From the human T2T-CHM13v2.0 reference genome, Homo sapiens: DNA of 64,000 nt. The DNA lies in the NCBI RefSeq assembly GCF_009914755.1, contig NC_060928.1; one strand, 5' to 3'. Each line of letters starts with the position of its first letter. Position 1 is the first letter of the stretch. Below are positions 15,471 to 30,359 of this stretch, one piece after another. A program made the position numbers and the translations under genes. Below the pieces are notes generated by a model. The model did no database searches. It worked only from the letters and a program-made list of their open reading frames with translations, and had not been told where the DNA came from.

Positions 15471-16524
15471 AGCTCTGAGAAGTCCTGCAAAAAGATGTCT
15501 ATTTAATTCACAGCCTCCCAGACTTATTTCCCCAACTTTTTTCCTCTGTTGCCACCTACCTGCTTCACTCCTGCAAGTAGGAGCCTCCCTTGGAAAATGC
15601 CGTACCAAGACACGCTTTTGGATCTTGAAGCCCGCACTGCACAGACTTTAGCTTTTATTCTGGAGCAGGGATTCTGGGTTCTGGGTATTTCACAGAACAG
15701 GCACTTAAGTCACTGTTTACGCATAATGACAAGATTTTTTTCACGTGGCTGAATGTGAAAGCAAATGGAAGCTGCACTCTCAAGGGGGGAGGTGTATTGA
15801 CACCTGAGAGTTTTTAAAGGCGTGTTTAGAAAATCAGCACCTTATTTGTGGCAAGGCTAGACTGCAGTCACTGTGTGTGTGACACTTGGGCCGTCGTGGC
15901 CCTACTGAGGCTCACAACGGGAGCCTCTATTTAGATATCCAGCCACTGTGTTGAAGATGCCCCTCCAGACGGAGGACAATCTTTAATGGTGAGATTTTTA
16001 TTGCTAAATCTATACGGTTAATTGGCCAAGCATTGGAGGCCTGGAGTTTTCGTCTAAACCATGTCAAGTTATCAGAATTCAGTACTCAAGTGAGTTTTAT
16101 GTGAGCTGGTGAGAAGATGAGGACAGATATTTTCACCTTCCATATGCAACCCGCAGTGAATGAAATGTATTTGCTTTCTCTTGGGAGAGTCAAGTGATAA
16201 CACTGCAGCCTGGCCTCTGATGCTAACTAAACGGGCAGAATGATTTGTCTTCAAGAAATCAACAGCCCCATTAACTCTACTCATTTTGGGTACATTTTTC
16301 ATTATTTTGCTGTGTAGTAATGTCAGGCTCTCTTTTGTGATGCTCATGGCACATTTCACATGCTGTCTCATTAATTTTTACAATACTCCTAGGTGTTAGT
16401 ATTTTTGCCAGGAAAAACAAGGTTCTCGACAGCCTGGGGTCATGCAGCTAATTGGGACCTGCCAGAGACAGAGCCTTGAACCCCCTGGTCCTGAGGCTTA
16501 GCTGTCAGGGCACACAGCCTGTGA

Positions 16525-16992
<468 letters not shown>

Positions 16993-18499
16993 TGAGTGCT
17001 GGGGAAGCCCCTGCCCTCAAAGAGATTGCCTATACACTTGTCCCAAGTGTCACAAAGAGCCCCAGCAGGGGTTGGTGAGCCCACTTTGCATATAGAAAAG
17101 TGAGAAGGGCTGAGGAGTGGGACCTCAGGGTGGGTGTTTGTAATTCCAATAATAATGATAAAAAGAGAGAACTCTCACAGGATGAGCTGGCATGATTCTA
17201 AGTACGAACTTATGTATTCTCCTAACACCTCTTTGATGTGGATACCATTATTGAATCCATCTTTTCAGATGATGAAATTGAGGCCCATAGCAGCTCCATG
17301 ACTTGTCCAGGTCTCACAGAACAGGTGGGATTCAGTGCAGGCATTTAGCATTTAACTGTGCTCTCCTGCTCTCTAGAAAGCCTTTCAAAGGCAGGCAGGA
17401 AACGAAGACAGTTCTGGAGGCCCTGTGGGCCCTGGTCACAGTTTCAGGAGAGGGGAATGGTTCCAATAAACAAGGCAGCGACCATGTGATGGCCAGGTTC
17501 TGTGTCAGGCTGAGTCACCATTTGAGCAGAATGAAGGCTCACTTGCCCTCCTTGCCCCAGAGGACAGGCCAGGGAGACACACAGAGACCTTCTAGGCCAT
17601 GAGAGGCTCATGACCACACATGCTGCCACCTCCCAGGCTGAAGACAGCTCTGGCGTTCAACCTTCCCTCATGCGCCAGGGATGAGATGTATGTATGGGGC
17701 ATAGGGCTAGACACGCTCAGAGCACAGGAGGTGGGATGTGGCAGCGATGAGTCCCCAGGGCCCTTCTTGTCTCGTGTGGACTCATCCCAGCAGCCTTGTA
17801 CACCTGGGCTGGAGGTGGGCAGGTGAAAGGCATCCCCTCTACTCAGGATCGTTGGGTGCCCGTTTCCTGCCTTGCCCCTTTCTTGGCCCAGCTCATGTCT
17901 CCCCAGATGACTCAGGAGGGGGCTGTGTGCCGGGGCGGGTGCCTCACAGGAGTCAGAAGACAGAGGTTCCTACCCTGAGGGCCTGGCAATGGAGCACTTT
18001 GCTTTTAGAAATGGGTGTGTTCTAGAAAAAGACGTGACTGGGTCCTAATGAACAGCTTTACTCCACCCTCAACTCTGATGCTTTCTTCATATTTTAAGGG
18101 AACAAGATGCATGAGGCTCCCCACCCATCTCAGTCTACCGAGTGCCCAAGCAGCCCATTTTACAGATGAGGAAACTGAGGCCCTCAGAGAGATAAGATGT
18201 GGTAGAGGGGAGGTGAGGAAGAAGCTCTTTGCTTCAGAATCAGAACCAGAAATGAAGCCAGAAGGGGTAAGAGCGCCAAGGAGGGGCACCTCCTAAGGCT
18301 GTAGCCAGATACCATTGGATCTGCAGATGCTAGGTATTTTTGTTATTGTAGTGCCTGGAAATGGCAAGTGAAGAGACTGGGGTCCAACCAGGCTCCTTGA
18401 TGTAATTGCCCACAAATGGGACCTTGGGAAAAAGAGTCCTGAGAGGTGTGTGGTGTCTCAGCTGAACACCACCGTAGAGTCCACCTGCACAGCTCACGC

Positions 18500-19140
18500 C
18501 CACTGACCCCACTTCTCAGCTCTGTGACCTTGGGCAACATGTTGCCCGTGACTCGGTTTCCTCATTTGTAAATAGTACACACCCCATGGGATTGTTATTA
18601 GGGCTAAGTGAGCTGATTCATATAAATAAAAGCTGTGAGCACAGTGCCTGCCCTGCAGCAGGAACCACTCAGTATTCAAACCATAAACAAGAGTTCATTT
18701 CAGTATTTAGGGTGCACACAAATATGGAATGGCTCATTTTATGATCTTATGGATTTCTCCTAAAATCTGTTAGGTGTTTCAGAATAACCTAATACTTGGG
18801 TTAAATTATTTAAAATGTTACTTAGATTCTCCCAGCCCCGTCATTCCCCTTTTTGTTCCTTAGTCTCTAAAAGTGCTTCCCTACCTGGGGGCTATTGCAC
18901 TTGTTCCTTTCCCCTGTCTAAGATGCTCTACCCACCTTCTCAAATGCCTTTTCCCTGGGACCCTCTATCCCAATACCCCAGTTATTCCTTCAGAGCCACT
19001 GTCCCAGGCCGTGACCTTATTTATTTATTGTCTAATTTCCCCCGGGTGCTTGTTCACTGCTGTATCACCTAGCATAGCACTTGGAACATACTAAAGATTT
19101 GATGAATGAAAGAATGAATAAATGAATGAATGAATGAGTG
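18500..19140. mobile_element. MIR (about 18500-18680) and L2 3' end (about 18850-19140)
   Basis: ctgtgaccttgggcaa...cctcatttgtaaa; L2 end with (TGAA)n tail. Confidence 0.65.
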
Positions 19141-20207
19141 GCTGAATAGGAAGTGTGGGCTGGTGTGTTTAGCCTCAAAGCCTGTGATCCACTGACTGAC
19201 CCTGCCATAGTCCACTTCCTCCAAGGCCTCTCATGTCTTGCCAGTGCAGAGCTGCCTCTCTCCTCTGAACACACAGCTGTCGTGGTCTGCACCAGCACTG
19301 GGCAGTGATGCATGGGCTGCTTCTCCTCCTTGTACCTGCCTTGATGATTTGACAGTTGCATTATTTCACATTCCCCGTGATAAAGCCCAGTGCCCAGCTG
19401 AATGATAAATGTTCCTTGAAGGCATGTATTGTGAAGTAGAAGAAAAAGTCCTCTGCTGAGGGGCGGAGAACAGCTGCTTTAAGAGAGTGACAAGGGTTGG
19501 AGCAGCGATGTGGAGCATGTCTGAGGCTCCAGCTCTGAGCACAGGTGTGGGAACCTGAGCGACACCCAAGGAGTGGGGCATGATTGCCCAGAGGGCCATA
19601 GACAAAGGGGGAAGGGTGCTATGGGACCAGGTTCTGGAGCACAGCTGAACCTGAGAAGCAAGCAGATAATATCCCCAGGCATGGTTGTGCAGGGATGAGC
19701 AGAGGCTGAAACTCATATGAGAGGACGGGCTGGGTTCAAGACATCAGATCAGTGTATCTGAGTTTGTACCAGTGTGTAAGAAGTTTGGCCAAAGGAGGAG
19801 GCCTGGAGTGCAGGGGCTTTGCTAAGGGTTAGAAAGAGCCCAGGGGACCCACTGAAGGAAAAGCTAGACCACACTGAACAGAGATTAGGATCCCTTGTAG
19901 GTGTAAGGGAGACAATCTCCTTGCAGACCTGTGTTCCAGTTCTAGCTCCTCTACTTAGTCAGTCTTAAACTGGGTAAGTGTCTTAACTTTTCTGAGCTTT
20001 GGCTTCCTCCTCTGGGAAATTAAGGTAATATTGCCTACCTCATAGGGATTAAATGGGAGGACAAAGGTGAAGCATGTAGCACTACCCAAGAATGTAATGT
20101 CTGCAGCAGTGGAAGGCTAAGCTGCATGGGGATGAGCTTCCTGAAGGGCATGGGTGAACCAAGGGTCTTTACCTTGGGCAGGGATTCTAGCTCATGGGGG
20201 AGACAGG

Positions 20208-20608
20208 GTGTCTTAGTCTGCTCGGGCTGCCATAGCAAAATACCATGGACTGGGTGTCTTCAACAACAGAAATTTATTTTCTCACAGTTTTGGAGGCTGG
20301 AAGTCGAAGGTCAGGGTGTCAGTGTGGTTGGTTCCTGATGAGGGCTCATTTCCTGGCTTGCAGACAGCTGTCTTCTGACTATGTGCTTACATGGCCTTTC
20401 CTTGATGTGCACACGTGGAGAGAGAGAGAACACATGCTCTGATGGCTCTTCTTATAAGGACACTAATTCTGTCAAACCAGGGTCCAGCCTTATGACCTCG
20501 TTTAACTTAATTACTTCCTTAGAGGCCTCATATCCAAATACAGCCACATTGGGGGCTAGGGTTTCAATGGATGCATTTAGAGTTGACACAAACATTCGGT
20601 TCATAACA
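20208..20608 (-). mobile_element. MaLR solo LTR (MLT1A-like)
   Basis: TG...CA termini; tgtcttagtctgctcgggctgccatagcaaaatacc...cattcggttcataaca. Confidence 0.85.
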
Positions 20609-22054
20609 AGTAGGGTAAAGGGTAGCTTAAGTGACAAGAAGTCCTCTGAGCACTCTGAACAGAGCCCCAGTCCAGTCTCCCCAGTGTGGCCTGGCTTTTC
20701 ATACCAGATATGAGAATGGTTGAATTCAGTTTTGCTCACCTGGAATTGTCCTTAAAGTGATATTCCACTGTGCATATTGGAAAACTCAGTCTTCAGAGTT
20801 CATTGGGAAATCACCATCAATACTGCTGCTTTTATCCTGTCTTTGGGAAGTGGAGTAGGGTCTCTCAGATACGAGAAACCTCATCAGAAGGAAAGCACAT
20901 GTTCTGCTGCCACCTTCATGCCTGGTGACACATTTCCATCTGGAGCAGCCACAGACCATACCACTGAGACCATACCACTGCACTCCAGCCTGGGTGACAG
21001 AGTGAGACTCTGTCTCAAAACAACAACAACGTTTTCCCTGTGGGGAATGCCATTTCTTCTTTTTAGAGTCAAATTGTGTCCTATTCCATTTCCAGATACC
21101 GTTTTCTAGGACAAGTTCCCCAGACAGGAATCTCGACATTCTTTCAGCAGCATCGTTCCACAGTGATTTGCCCTTTGTATTCTTTTTAACGCATTCTTCC
21201 TGTGTATGTATTGAATGAATTCCAAAACAAATGAGTGAGTGAATGAATGAATGAATGAGTTGTTTTCATTGTGATTGTGGTTCCCCAAGAGCAGAGTTTA
21301 TTCTTTCTTTCCACACACACAAAGAAACCCTACTGGCCAGTAGATCGCCCAATAAGTGTTAGCTTCTTACATGACAGGCTCCCCGTCAGAGAGCTATTCA
21401 CTCAGTTCATAAATTTGGAAATCTCAGGAATATTTTGATTTTCACTGCATTGGCCTTTTTACACCATGTTTACTCAGTTTCAACCTTACTTCAATAAAGC
21501 AGAGGCTTGATCATACTCTGCACAGCCTACTGCATGTCTCGGTGTGATGAGTGGATCTTGAGCCACAGCAGGGACTGCCAATCTGTCATTTTCTGAGGAA
21601 TACTCCTTTTTTATTGGCTCTGATATTTTCATGTGTGATCTCAGCAGCTGTGCCTTTGTGTTTGAAAAGAGCCAGGTCTCACTGAGGAGCTGTGTAGCCA
21701 GTAGCATTTATTGAGTTTCTGCTTTGTCCCTCCACATAAGCAGTAGGAACCCTGGGATAAATTGTGCCCATCAGGGAGGAGATGCCTCTATCTCTGGGGA
21801 GCTTAGGAAGGAGCTGGGGAGACAGGACATACACAAGAGAGGTTCCATGAGGAGCACTGAGAAACCAGAAGATGGTTTCATGATTCCTGGGGGCCAGTTA
21901 ACCTGCCAGGGCTTCTCTCTCCCTGAGGAGGAGTTTGATAAGAAAGACTGGGTTCAATTAGCAGCTGATTAGGAGACATGAACAGAGTAAAGTGCACTTT
22001 CCAGACAACTATTGCTGACTGCTCCTGTGGGCAGGGGGCTGAGGAAATTGCTAG

Positions 22055-22260
22055 ACCAGGGGTGATTTTGCCCCCAAGGGAAAATTTGGCAATGTCTAGA
22101 GACATTGTTGGTTCTCACAACTAAGGTGGGGGAAATGCTACTGGTATCGAGTGGGTAGAGGCCAGGGAGGCTGGTACACATCCTGCAATGCACAGCACAG
22201 ACCCCCACCACAAAGAATCATCTGTCCCACAACATCAGCAGTGCCCAGGCTGAAAAACCT
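22055..22260. mobile_element. MER20 (hAT-Charlie DNA transposon)
   Basis: ggggtgattttgccccc...tttggcaatgtctagagaca...gtagaggccaggga...aagaatcatctg. Confidence 0.85.
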
Positions 22261-24258
22261 CATGGCAGCCTGAGTGAGCGTCGGGGCGTGGTCTGAGTGC
22301 TGGGAACTGGGTCACTTTTCCTCCTTGGGTCTCAGTTTACTTATCTGTGACGTAATGATCTCTTAGGTTACATTCAGCCCTAACATTCTGTGATTTGGTG
22401 AAGCTAACTTTAACTAGAGATTAAAGGTGGGATGTGAATGTCTTTAGAATATCGTGCTTTAAAAAAATCAGAAGAAATATGGAGGGCATTTAAGAGACTT
22501 TCTAGGAAATAGCGCTTAACCTCAGGTAAATACTTAAAACTTTGAACCATTTCACCCTCTTAAGGAGCTGTACAAGGAGCTGAAAGGGCCTCGTTCTGGT
22601 GCTTTGTCTCTAAGGAAGGAATTTTTGTTGGCGCTCAAGGGACAGCCCAGAGCAGAATCTTCTCCTCGAGTTACACAGGACTAAGATGCCAGCCAAGGGC
22701 ACCTGAGGGCCCCTTTTCAAGTCTTGTCCCCACTGCCAAGTCCCCGAAAGGGGAAGCCTTTCCCACGCCTGCACCATTATTCCACCTCCTCTGGCTGAAT
22801 TTGAGCCACACCCTCACCTGATACCTGTCTCTGTTCATATCAAAAAAAGCCTGCTCCTCTAGACCTTAAGAAATGACCAGAGGGAGAATATGAGAAAAAA
22901 AACAAGCTCTACCTGTGTGGGGAAGCCAGCCTAAAGGGAGAACAGATTGTCAGAATTGCCAAGACAGAGGGATGCTATTACATGTACTGGGACTTTCCAG
23001 AAAAAGCAATTGCTTCCAATAGAATCCCCTTGCCACAAAATAGTAAAGGCTGTTTAATGAACTATTTTAAAAATCCAATGTTAAAAATTCAAATCATCCT
23101 TGTAAAGCATGCTGTTTATGAAGAGAAAATTCCACAGGAAGATAACCCTGATGAAGGATCTATCACCAGGTCGTACGTATGATAATTTTAAATTTCAGAA
23201 TGTTTGGCAATGTTTTCATGGAAGTGTCAGGAATTTCGTTACAGTCACAAATCATGTATGTGTAATTAGAATGCTAAAACAGCACATTTTTTCTATCAAT
23301 GTAAACTGGGGCCCCAAAGGATGAAAAAAAATTTGTAGATGCCCATTACTCTCATATTACAAAGCAAGGTAAGTCCACCGTCAAGGACTTACTAAGGGGC
23401 CAGCCGGTAGCTGTTTTGCAACCCTAAGCCCATTTACCGACGTGGAGGATTACTCTGGATCTTTGGAAAGGTTGTCAATGTGTCAGCTTCTCTGACCCAC
23501 CAGGGCCATGGCAGAGGGAAGAGGTGCTTCCTTCTCACCAAGTGACAAGGGAGAGATCAAGAGGAATACTGAGAGAGCTTGATGCTCATCCGCAGGTTAG
23601 AGGAGTGCAGGAATGGATAAGAGCAGAGAGAGAGGAAGAAGGCTGCGTTGAGAGCCACTGCTGTACCCCAGCTGTTGGGGCAAGAATGCAGTTTTTCAGT
23701 AGGCCAACCAGACCTCTCCTGAGGGTCCAGTGAGGAGCCTGTCACAGAGCCTCGCCCAGGTGGGCTGCATGGAGGAGTGACTGGGCCCTGACAAAGGGGA
23801 AGTCTGTGTGAGGTAGACCCCTGGATGATCCGGCACTGAGGTTCAGTGACAGGCAGAAAAATGGCGGCCGCATCATAGGTGTTTCAATGGGGGATTCACA
23901 GCAGAGCCATCTCCAAGGCCCCACACAAGCTTTCCTGGAGACAAATGCCAGCTTCAGACGTCCGCCAAGTCCTGAGTGCACAACGTCCTATTATATCTGG
24001 TCCTATTATATAACCCAAAGACTATGACTATTTTTTCCTAAGTCCCCTTCATAGGCCAACTCTGGGAGGACCTCACAGGCTACAGGAGGAGGAAGTAGAA
24101 TCTAGAAGAAAGAGAAAGAAGCAGCCAAGCTTTCCCATATCTGCCCTTCAGGTTCCTAGGACGAAAGCACAGAAGCTCTAAATCATAAGAAGCTGGAGTT
24201 GTTATTCTAACACTGGAAGGAACATTTTTAAAGTGTACAGAATACTTGTAAAAGCGAG

Positions 24259-24565
24259 GGCCAGGCGCGGTGGCTCACGCCTGTAATCCTAACACCTTGG
24301 GAGTCTTCAGTGGGTGGATTGCTTGAACCCTGGAGTTTGAGACCAGCCTGGGCAACATGGTGAAACGCCTTCTCTACAAAAAATACAGAAGTTAGCGGGG
24401 CATGGTGGCGCACACCTGTAGTCCCAGCTACTCAGGAGGCTGAGGTGGGAGGATCATCTGAGCTCGAGAGGTAGAGGCTGCAGTGAGCTGAGACCATACC
24501 ACTGCACTGTAGCCTAGGTAACAAAGTGAGACTCTGTCTCAAAACAACAAAAACCCCATAAAAAA
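24259..24565 (+). mobile_element. AluJ-type
   Basis: Full dimeric Alu. Confidence 0.92.
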
Positions 24566-24728
24566 ACAAAAGCAAAAAACTGATGGCTCCTCAGTCAGTC
24601 TATTAGCCTTGTTCTTCCCTGGGGTTCCCTGAGGGATATAAACCCATGCCCCAAGGCACCCATTTCTGAATTCACTCCTCTCTTTTGCAGTTAGAATGGT
24701 TCTCTGAGCATCCTTGGAAGGGATGAGG

Positions 24729-25231
24729 GGCTGGCACAGTGGCTCATGCCTATAATCCCAGTGCTTTGGGAGGCTGAGGTGAGAGGATCACTTGAGGCCA
24801 GGAGTTTGAGACCGGCCTTTCCCTGAAAACAAAAAAAAAAAAAGGAAGGATGAGGAAACAGTCATCCAAATCATTTTCTGTCCTGTCCTGTGTTCACATA
24901 AAGAATCTTGTTTTACATTAAAACATTTTACCTTCAGAAGAAGTTTAATTTTATTTCTCAAACTGTACATTTTATACCCAGAAAATCCAAAGTCTTTCAT
25001 AACCTGGCCCCTGCTTACCACTCCCCATACTCCCTTCATTTGTGGATAATCATTTACATCTCCATGGCTTTGCACAGGCCATTTCTTTCTTTAAAAAAAA
25101 AAACAATTAATTTTATCAAATAGAGATGGGGCTGTTGTCCAGACTGTTCTCGAACTCCTGGGCTCAAGCAACTCTCCCACCTCAGCCTCCCAAAATGCTA
25201 TAATCACAGGCATGAGTCACCGCACCGGCCT
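24729..25231. mobile_element. Two Alu left monomers in opposite orientation (24729-24845 +, 25086-25231 -)
   Basis: Left-arm sequences each with A/T tail. Confidence 0.8.
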
Positions 25232-26776
25232 GGAGAGGCCGTTTCTAACTAGAATGCTGTTGGCTTCTTGTACTTCGGTAAAGAATAAAATGAAGACTGA
25301 GAGACCAATGATTGAGAGATGAGGGGAAAAGTTTCACTGCCAAGCAGGAAATCTAATCCAAAACAGAGTCTAGTTTCCCTGGTGGATGAGATTCAAGGGA
25401 GAGGAAATGGGGTAGGTCTTTAAAAGCCAAAACGTATTGAACTGTCTCTATCCTATTTTAGGAGAGCAAAGTCTTGGCATGTTCTAATTGGTGACTGATA
25501 TCTGGGCTTGTTGATTAGGAAACCACAGAGCTGGCTGAAGGTGACCTGCTGTGGTCGCATCTGGATCACGGTGTGTACTTGTCTGTGATGTGGCTGTGAG
25601 GCACTAGAATGGGGATTATGGTGTCTGGGAAATTCTCCTGCCTAATATCCCCTGTCCACTATTCCACCCTACACGCCAGCTCGACTGAGGGAGGCCCCTT
25701 CCTCTGTGCTGCTGTAACTCTCAAGCTCATGCCTCCCTGTGACGGCACTCACCCTGTGTCTTGTTTAATCATTGATTAATCCTTGTGTGTCCAGCACCCA
25801 GAACAATGTCTGGAACACTGTAGCCACCTGCGGTTTATTTAATGAATCAGTAACAATAGCATATGCAAATTGAAGATTTATCATTTCTATTGTTTCCTCT
25901 AAAGTATACACAACAGACATTTCTTTAGAAGTGACATTTCAAGATTCAAAAGAATGTAGTTTTGAATTGAAGTGGGGTGTAGAGAATGATGGTATGAGGC
26001 AATATGAATATCTTGGTAGGGGTTCAACTTATCCTAACTAGTGATTTAAATTAATATTTATGTAGATTTGATTTAAATCAAATCCATCTTGGAAGGGAGA
26101 AATGTTTATAACAGATGGGCATATAATAGAACCCTGTAATAAAATCTAAGTTTAAAGCTCAGCAAATTCCTTTCGGCTTGCAGATGGAGTTGGGAAAAAC
26201 AGTTGACATTGGTGAGTTACAGTTAGTTTCTCAGGAAAGCTAGTGATTCAAGAATGAAGGGTGTTTTTCTGCTAGAAAGGAAGTACTGTAGAGAAGATGA
26301 ATTCTGTATCCAAAGACATGTAAGAGAAGATGTGGGAATGACAGCAGGAAAAAGAGGCTGTACCTTAAACAATAGCCAGATGGAAACAAACAGAATAGCA
26401 GATAGTGGTGGGTATGACTTGATTTTTAGTGCCATTCATTACAGTAAGTAACATTTACTGAGCACCTACATTGTGCCTGGCACTGTGCTAAGTGCATTTT
26501 ATGATTTATCTCTGTATTCTTCACAGGACTTAGGGGAGGATGCTAATATTATCACCAGTTTACATATGAAGAAGTTGAGGCTTAAAGATTTTTTTTAAAG
26601 CAGCCCAAAATCTCAAAGCATATAAGTTATGGGGCCCGACTCCAGAATCTACTGTTAACCATCTTTTCATGACAAGAAATAGAAACAAAACTCAAACTAA
26701 CTCAGAAAAAAGATGGATGTCATTGGGAGGAATACTAGGGCATCTGACAAGACTCAGAGATGCATTTGGACATTAG

Positions 26777-27115
<339 letters not shown>

Positions 27116-28394
27116 TGGAATGCTATTCTTTTTCTCTGTCTCTTATTTCTCCTTCTCTATGCCTTTTAGCTTTATTCTCTTCTTCTGAAGCTTAGCTTTT
27201 TTCACTTGGCAGGAATACAGATGATTAAAGCTGGTGACCTCCTATCTTATGGAGTCAAGCAGCAGGAAGGATTGGTTCTTTTCCCTTAGTTTTAGTTCAA
27301 AAAGTCCAATGATGGGCTTAGTTTGAGTTGGGGCCTCCCTTGTTTTCCCCAACCCCTCTTTTCCAGATCAGTCATCTATGGCTAAACAGTCTGAGAAAAA
27401 TTATTGGCTTAGCTTGGATTAATCATGAGCAAGATCATATAGCACAAACACGGCCTTGGGGGCCATCCCTGTGTCCCGGACAATCCTGGAGAAAGAGATA
27501 ACACTTTAAATTGAACATCCATCCCCGAGTGGATGCTTAAAAATGCAATAATGAGGAACACAGGTTACTTTAAACGTAAAATATTTAAGTGAGAAATGCA
27601 TAGCTGTATAACTGAGATATATGGGGATTCCCCAGAAATCAGACAGTCTGTGCTTTCAGAAAATGTACCCAGATTTTTTGTTCTTAGGCACAATTCTGGA
27701 GAGGCATTCTAAGCTATTGTTTGGTACTTCTTATTTATTTTTTAAACAGTAGATTTCCTTCATGATGATATAGTTCTGAAAATAAGTGAGCCTGATGACA
27801 AGGTTGAAAGGATTTTTGTTTTCATAAGCTTCTTCATTTCAGTAATTTCAGAGACTGGGAGTCACACAGTCTGCAATGTTTAACAAGCCTTCCTATAGTA
27901 TATAGAAGCTCCTTTTCATAAACATCCCTAAAGTCATCGTGCCGCAAGTTAAGCCTGTTTTCTTTGAGTTTGTTCTCAGAAGAAATGGGTATGAGCATAG
28001 AAGCTTCCCTTCATCAAACCACGTAGTTGCATCCTCAGTTCCTAGCATGTCCCCTCTGGGTTTATTGTCCAGTCAGCCCTTTTATTATCTCAGTTACTCT
28101 CTGTGAATCTCCTCTGCCATCTCCACGTACCCCTTTTTGTTGCCAAGCCCAGATCTAATTGGTCAGTCTTTTAGTGAAACCCCAGAGCAACAAAGACAAT
28201 TCCTCACCCCACACCCTTCCCCAGGCATCCCGCACCACAGTGATTGTTTAAGCACAGGGCCACAGGCCAACTTGTTGCATTTGAATTCCACTATAACCAG
28301 CATTGTATCTGTATTCTAAAAAGTGTCAAGTCTCTACATTACAATCAAAGCATCAATCTCTAAACAGTGGGGGAGAAAATGTACATCAAGGTTA

Positions 28395-28700
<306 letters not shown>

Positions 28701-29206
28701 GAAAGTTAAAAGATTCTAACAGCAAGTAGAACAAATGGAATTAATGATGACAGTTCGATATATTGTGCCCATCACAGTCAGCAGATCCGAAACAGCCACT
28801 AAGCACTAGATCCAGGAGTCCCCGGGCCTTTGCACCCACTGTTCCAAACACTACCAAGGATGCTGTTTTCCCAGACAGCCCATGGCACACTTGATGGGCC
28901 CATCCAGATCTTCTCACAGAAAGTGTTTCTCAGTGAGGCTTTCCTTGACCATCCTATTTAAAACTGTGACTTTCTGGTTCAGACCAGCCCACCCAAGTCC
29001 ACCATCAGTTGTTCCCAATCCTCTTTTAAAGCTGTTTTATTTTTCCTGGCAGCACTTACTGGACATGGTCTATAGTTTTAGTTGTCTATCTGTAATTGTC
29101 TGTCTACCCTAGTAGAATGTAACTTCTGTATGTTTTGTTCACTGCTTTATTCCTCATCTCTTAGGAGCATGCCTGCCTACCACAGAGGGACCCTTAGTGA
29201 ATAATC

Positions 29207-29510
29207 TTTTTTTTTTTTTTTTTTTTTTTGAGGCAGAGTCTCACTCTGTCGCCCAGGCTGGAATGAAGTGTCGCGATCTCAGCTCCCTGCAAGCTCTGCC
29301 TCCCAGGTTCATGACATTCTCCTGCCTCAGCCTCCTGAGTAGCTGGGACTACAGGTGCCTGCCACCACGCCAGGCTAATTTTTTGTATTTTTAGTAGAGA
29401 CAGGGTTTCACTGTGTTAGTTAGGATGGTCTCGATCTCCTGACCTCGTGATCCGCCCGCCTTGTCCTCCCAAAGTGCTGGGATTACAGGCATGAGCCACC
29501 GCGCCTGGCC
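29207..29510 (-). mobile_element. AluY-type with TSD tgaataatcttt
   Basis: Long pure T tail; Y-like diagnostics; TSD at about 29198 and 29513. Confidence 0.92.
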
Positions 29511-30359
29511 CATGAATAATCTTTAAGTGAAGAAATCTATGAATGCAAGTAGAATTCTTTGTGGTGAGGAAGAGCACTTGAACATTTTTATTTATTTATT
29601 TTATGGAGAATGTATATAATGCTTGCTATATGCTAAACACTGTTCTAAATGATTGACAACTATATCTCATTTAATCCTCACAACAATCATGTGGGGTAGG
29701 ACTATTATCTTCCCCATTTTGTGGATAAGGAAACATAGGCGCAGTCATGAATCACAGTGGGCGTGTGGCCTATTCTGAGTCTGCTCTCAAACACTACCAT
29801 GCTGCCTTTATTAATTAAATAACTGAAATATAGCAGAAACACAAAATTGGACAGATTTGGGCTGGGGCGAGCCACGGAGAGCTTTCTGGGCAAGGTGAAT
29901 TGAGCACAGATGCTGCAGAGGAGGCAGTGAATCAAATCCAAGTGTGGGAGAGACGAACTGGGAGACTCAGAAGTGGCAAAAGAAATGGAGAGAAGGATGT
30001 GCAGGTGAGAACAGGGATGCGGGGCCCCCAGGATATACAGAGAGAAGCACAGGCACTAGGAGAGACTGACTGAGAAGCCTGGACAAACTGAATGAGGCGT
30101 CCACTGATGGCCCCCAGGGACCCTTCACTACGGCCTGGAATTCAGGAGCCAGCATCCAGCCAGTGGCTTACGCAAAACAAGGGTTGGGGAAGCAAGTGTG
30201 GGCATGAGCCTAAGTATATGTAATTTAAGAGTGAGATGGGGAAAGAGTGAAGAAGGAAAGAGAGAGGAAACACAGATTCTCAGAAATTTGCATTCATAAT
30301 CTCTCATCTCTCCCCTAATCTTAGATTATCAAATATATTCATCGATTAAAACTTCTTTA

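Noticed and set aside
17511-17517. AP-1 TGAGTCA motifs here and elsewhere (about 42017, 60253)
   Set aside because: A 7-mer expected several times by chance in 64 kb.
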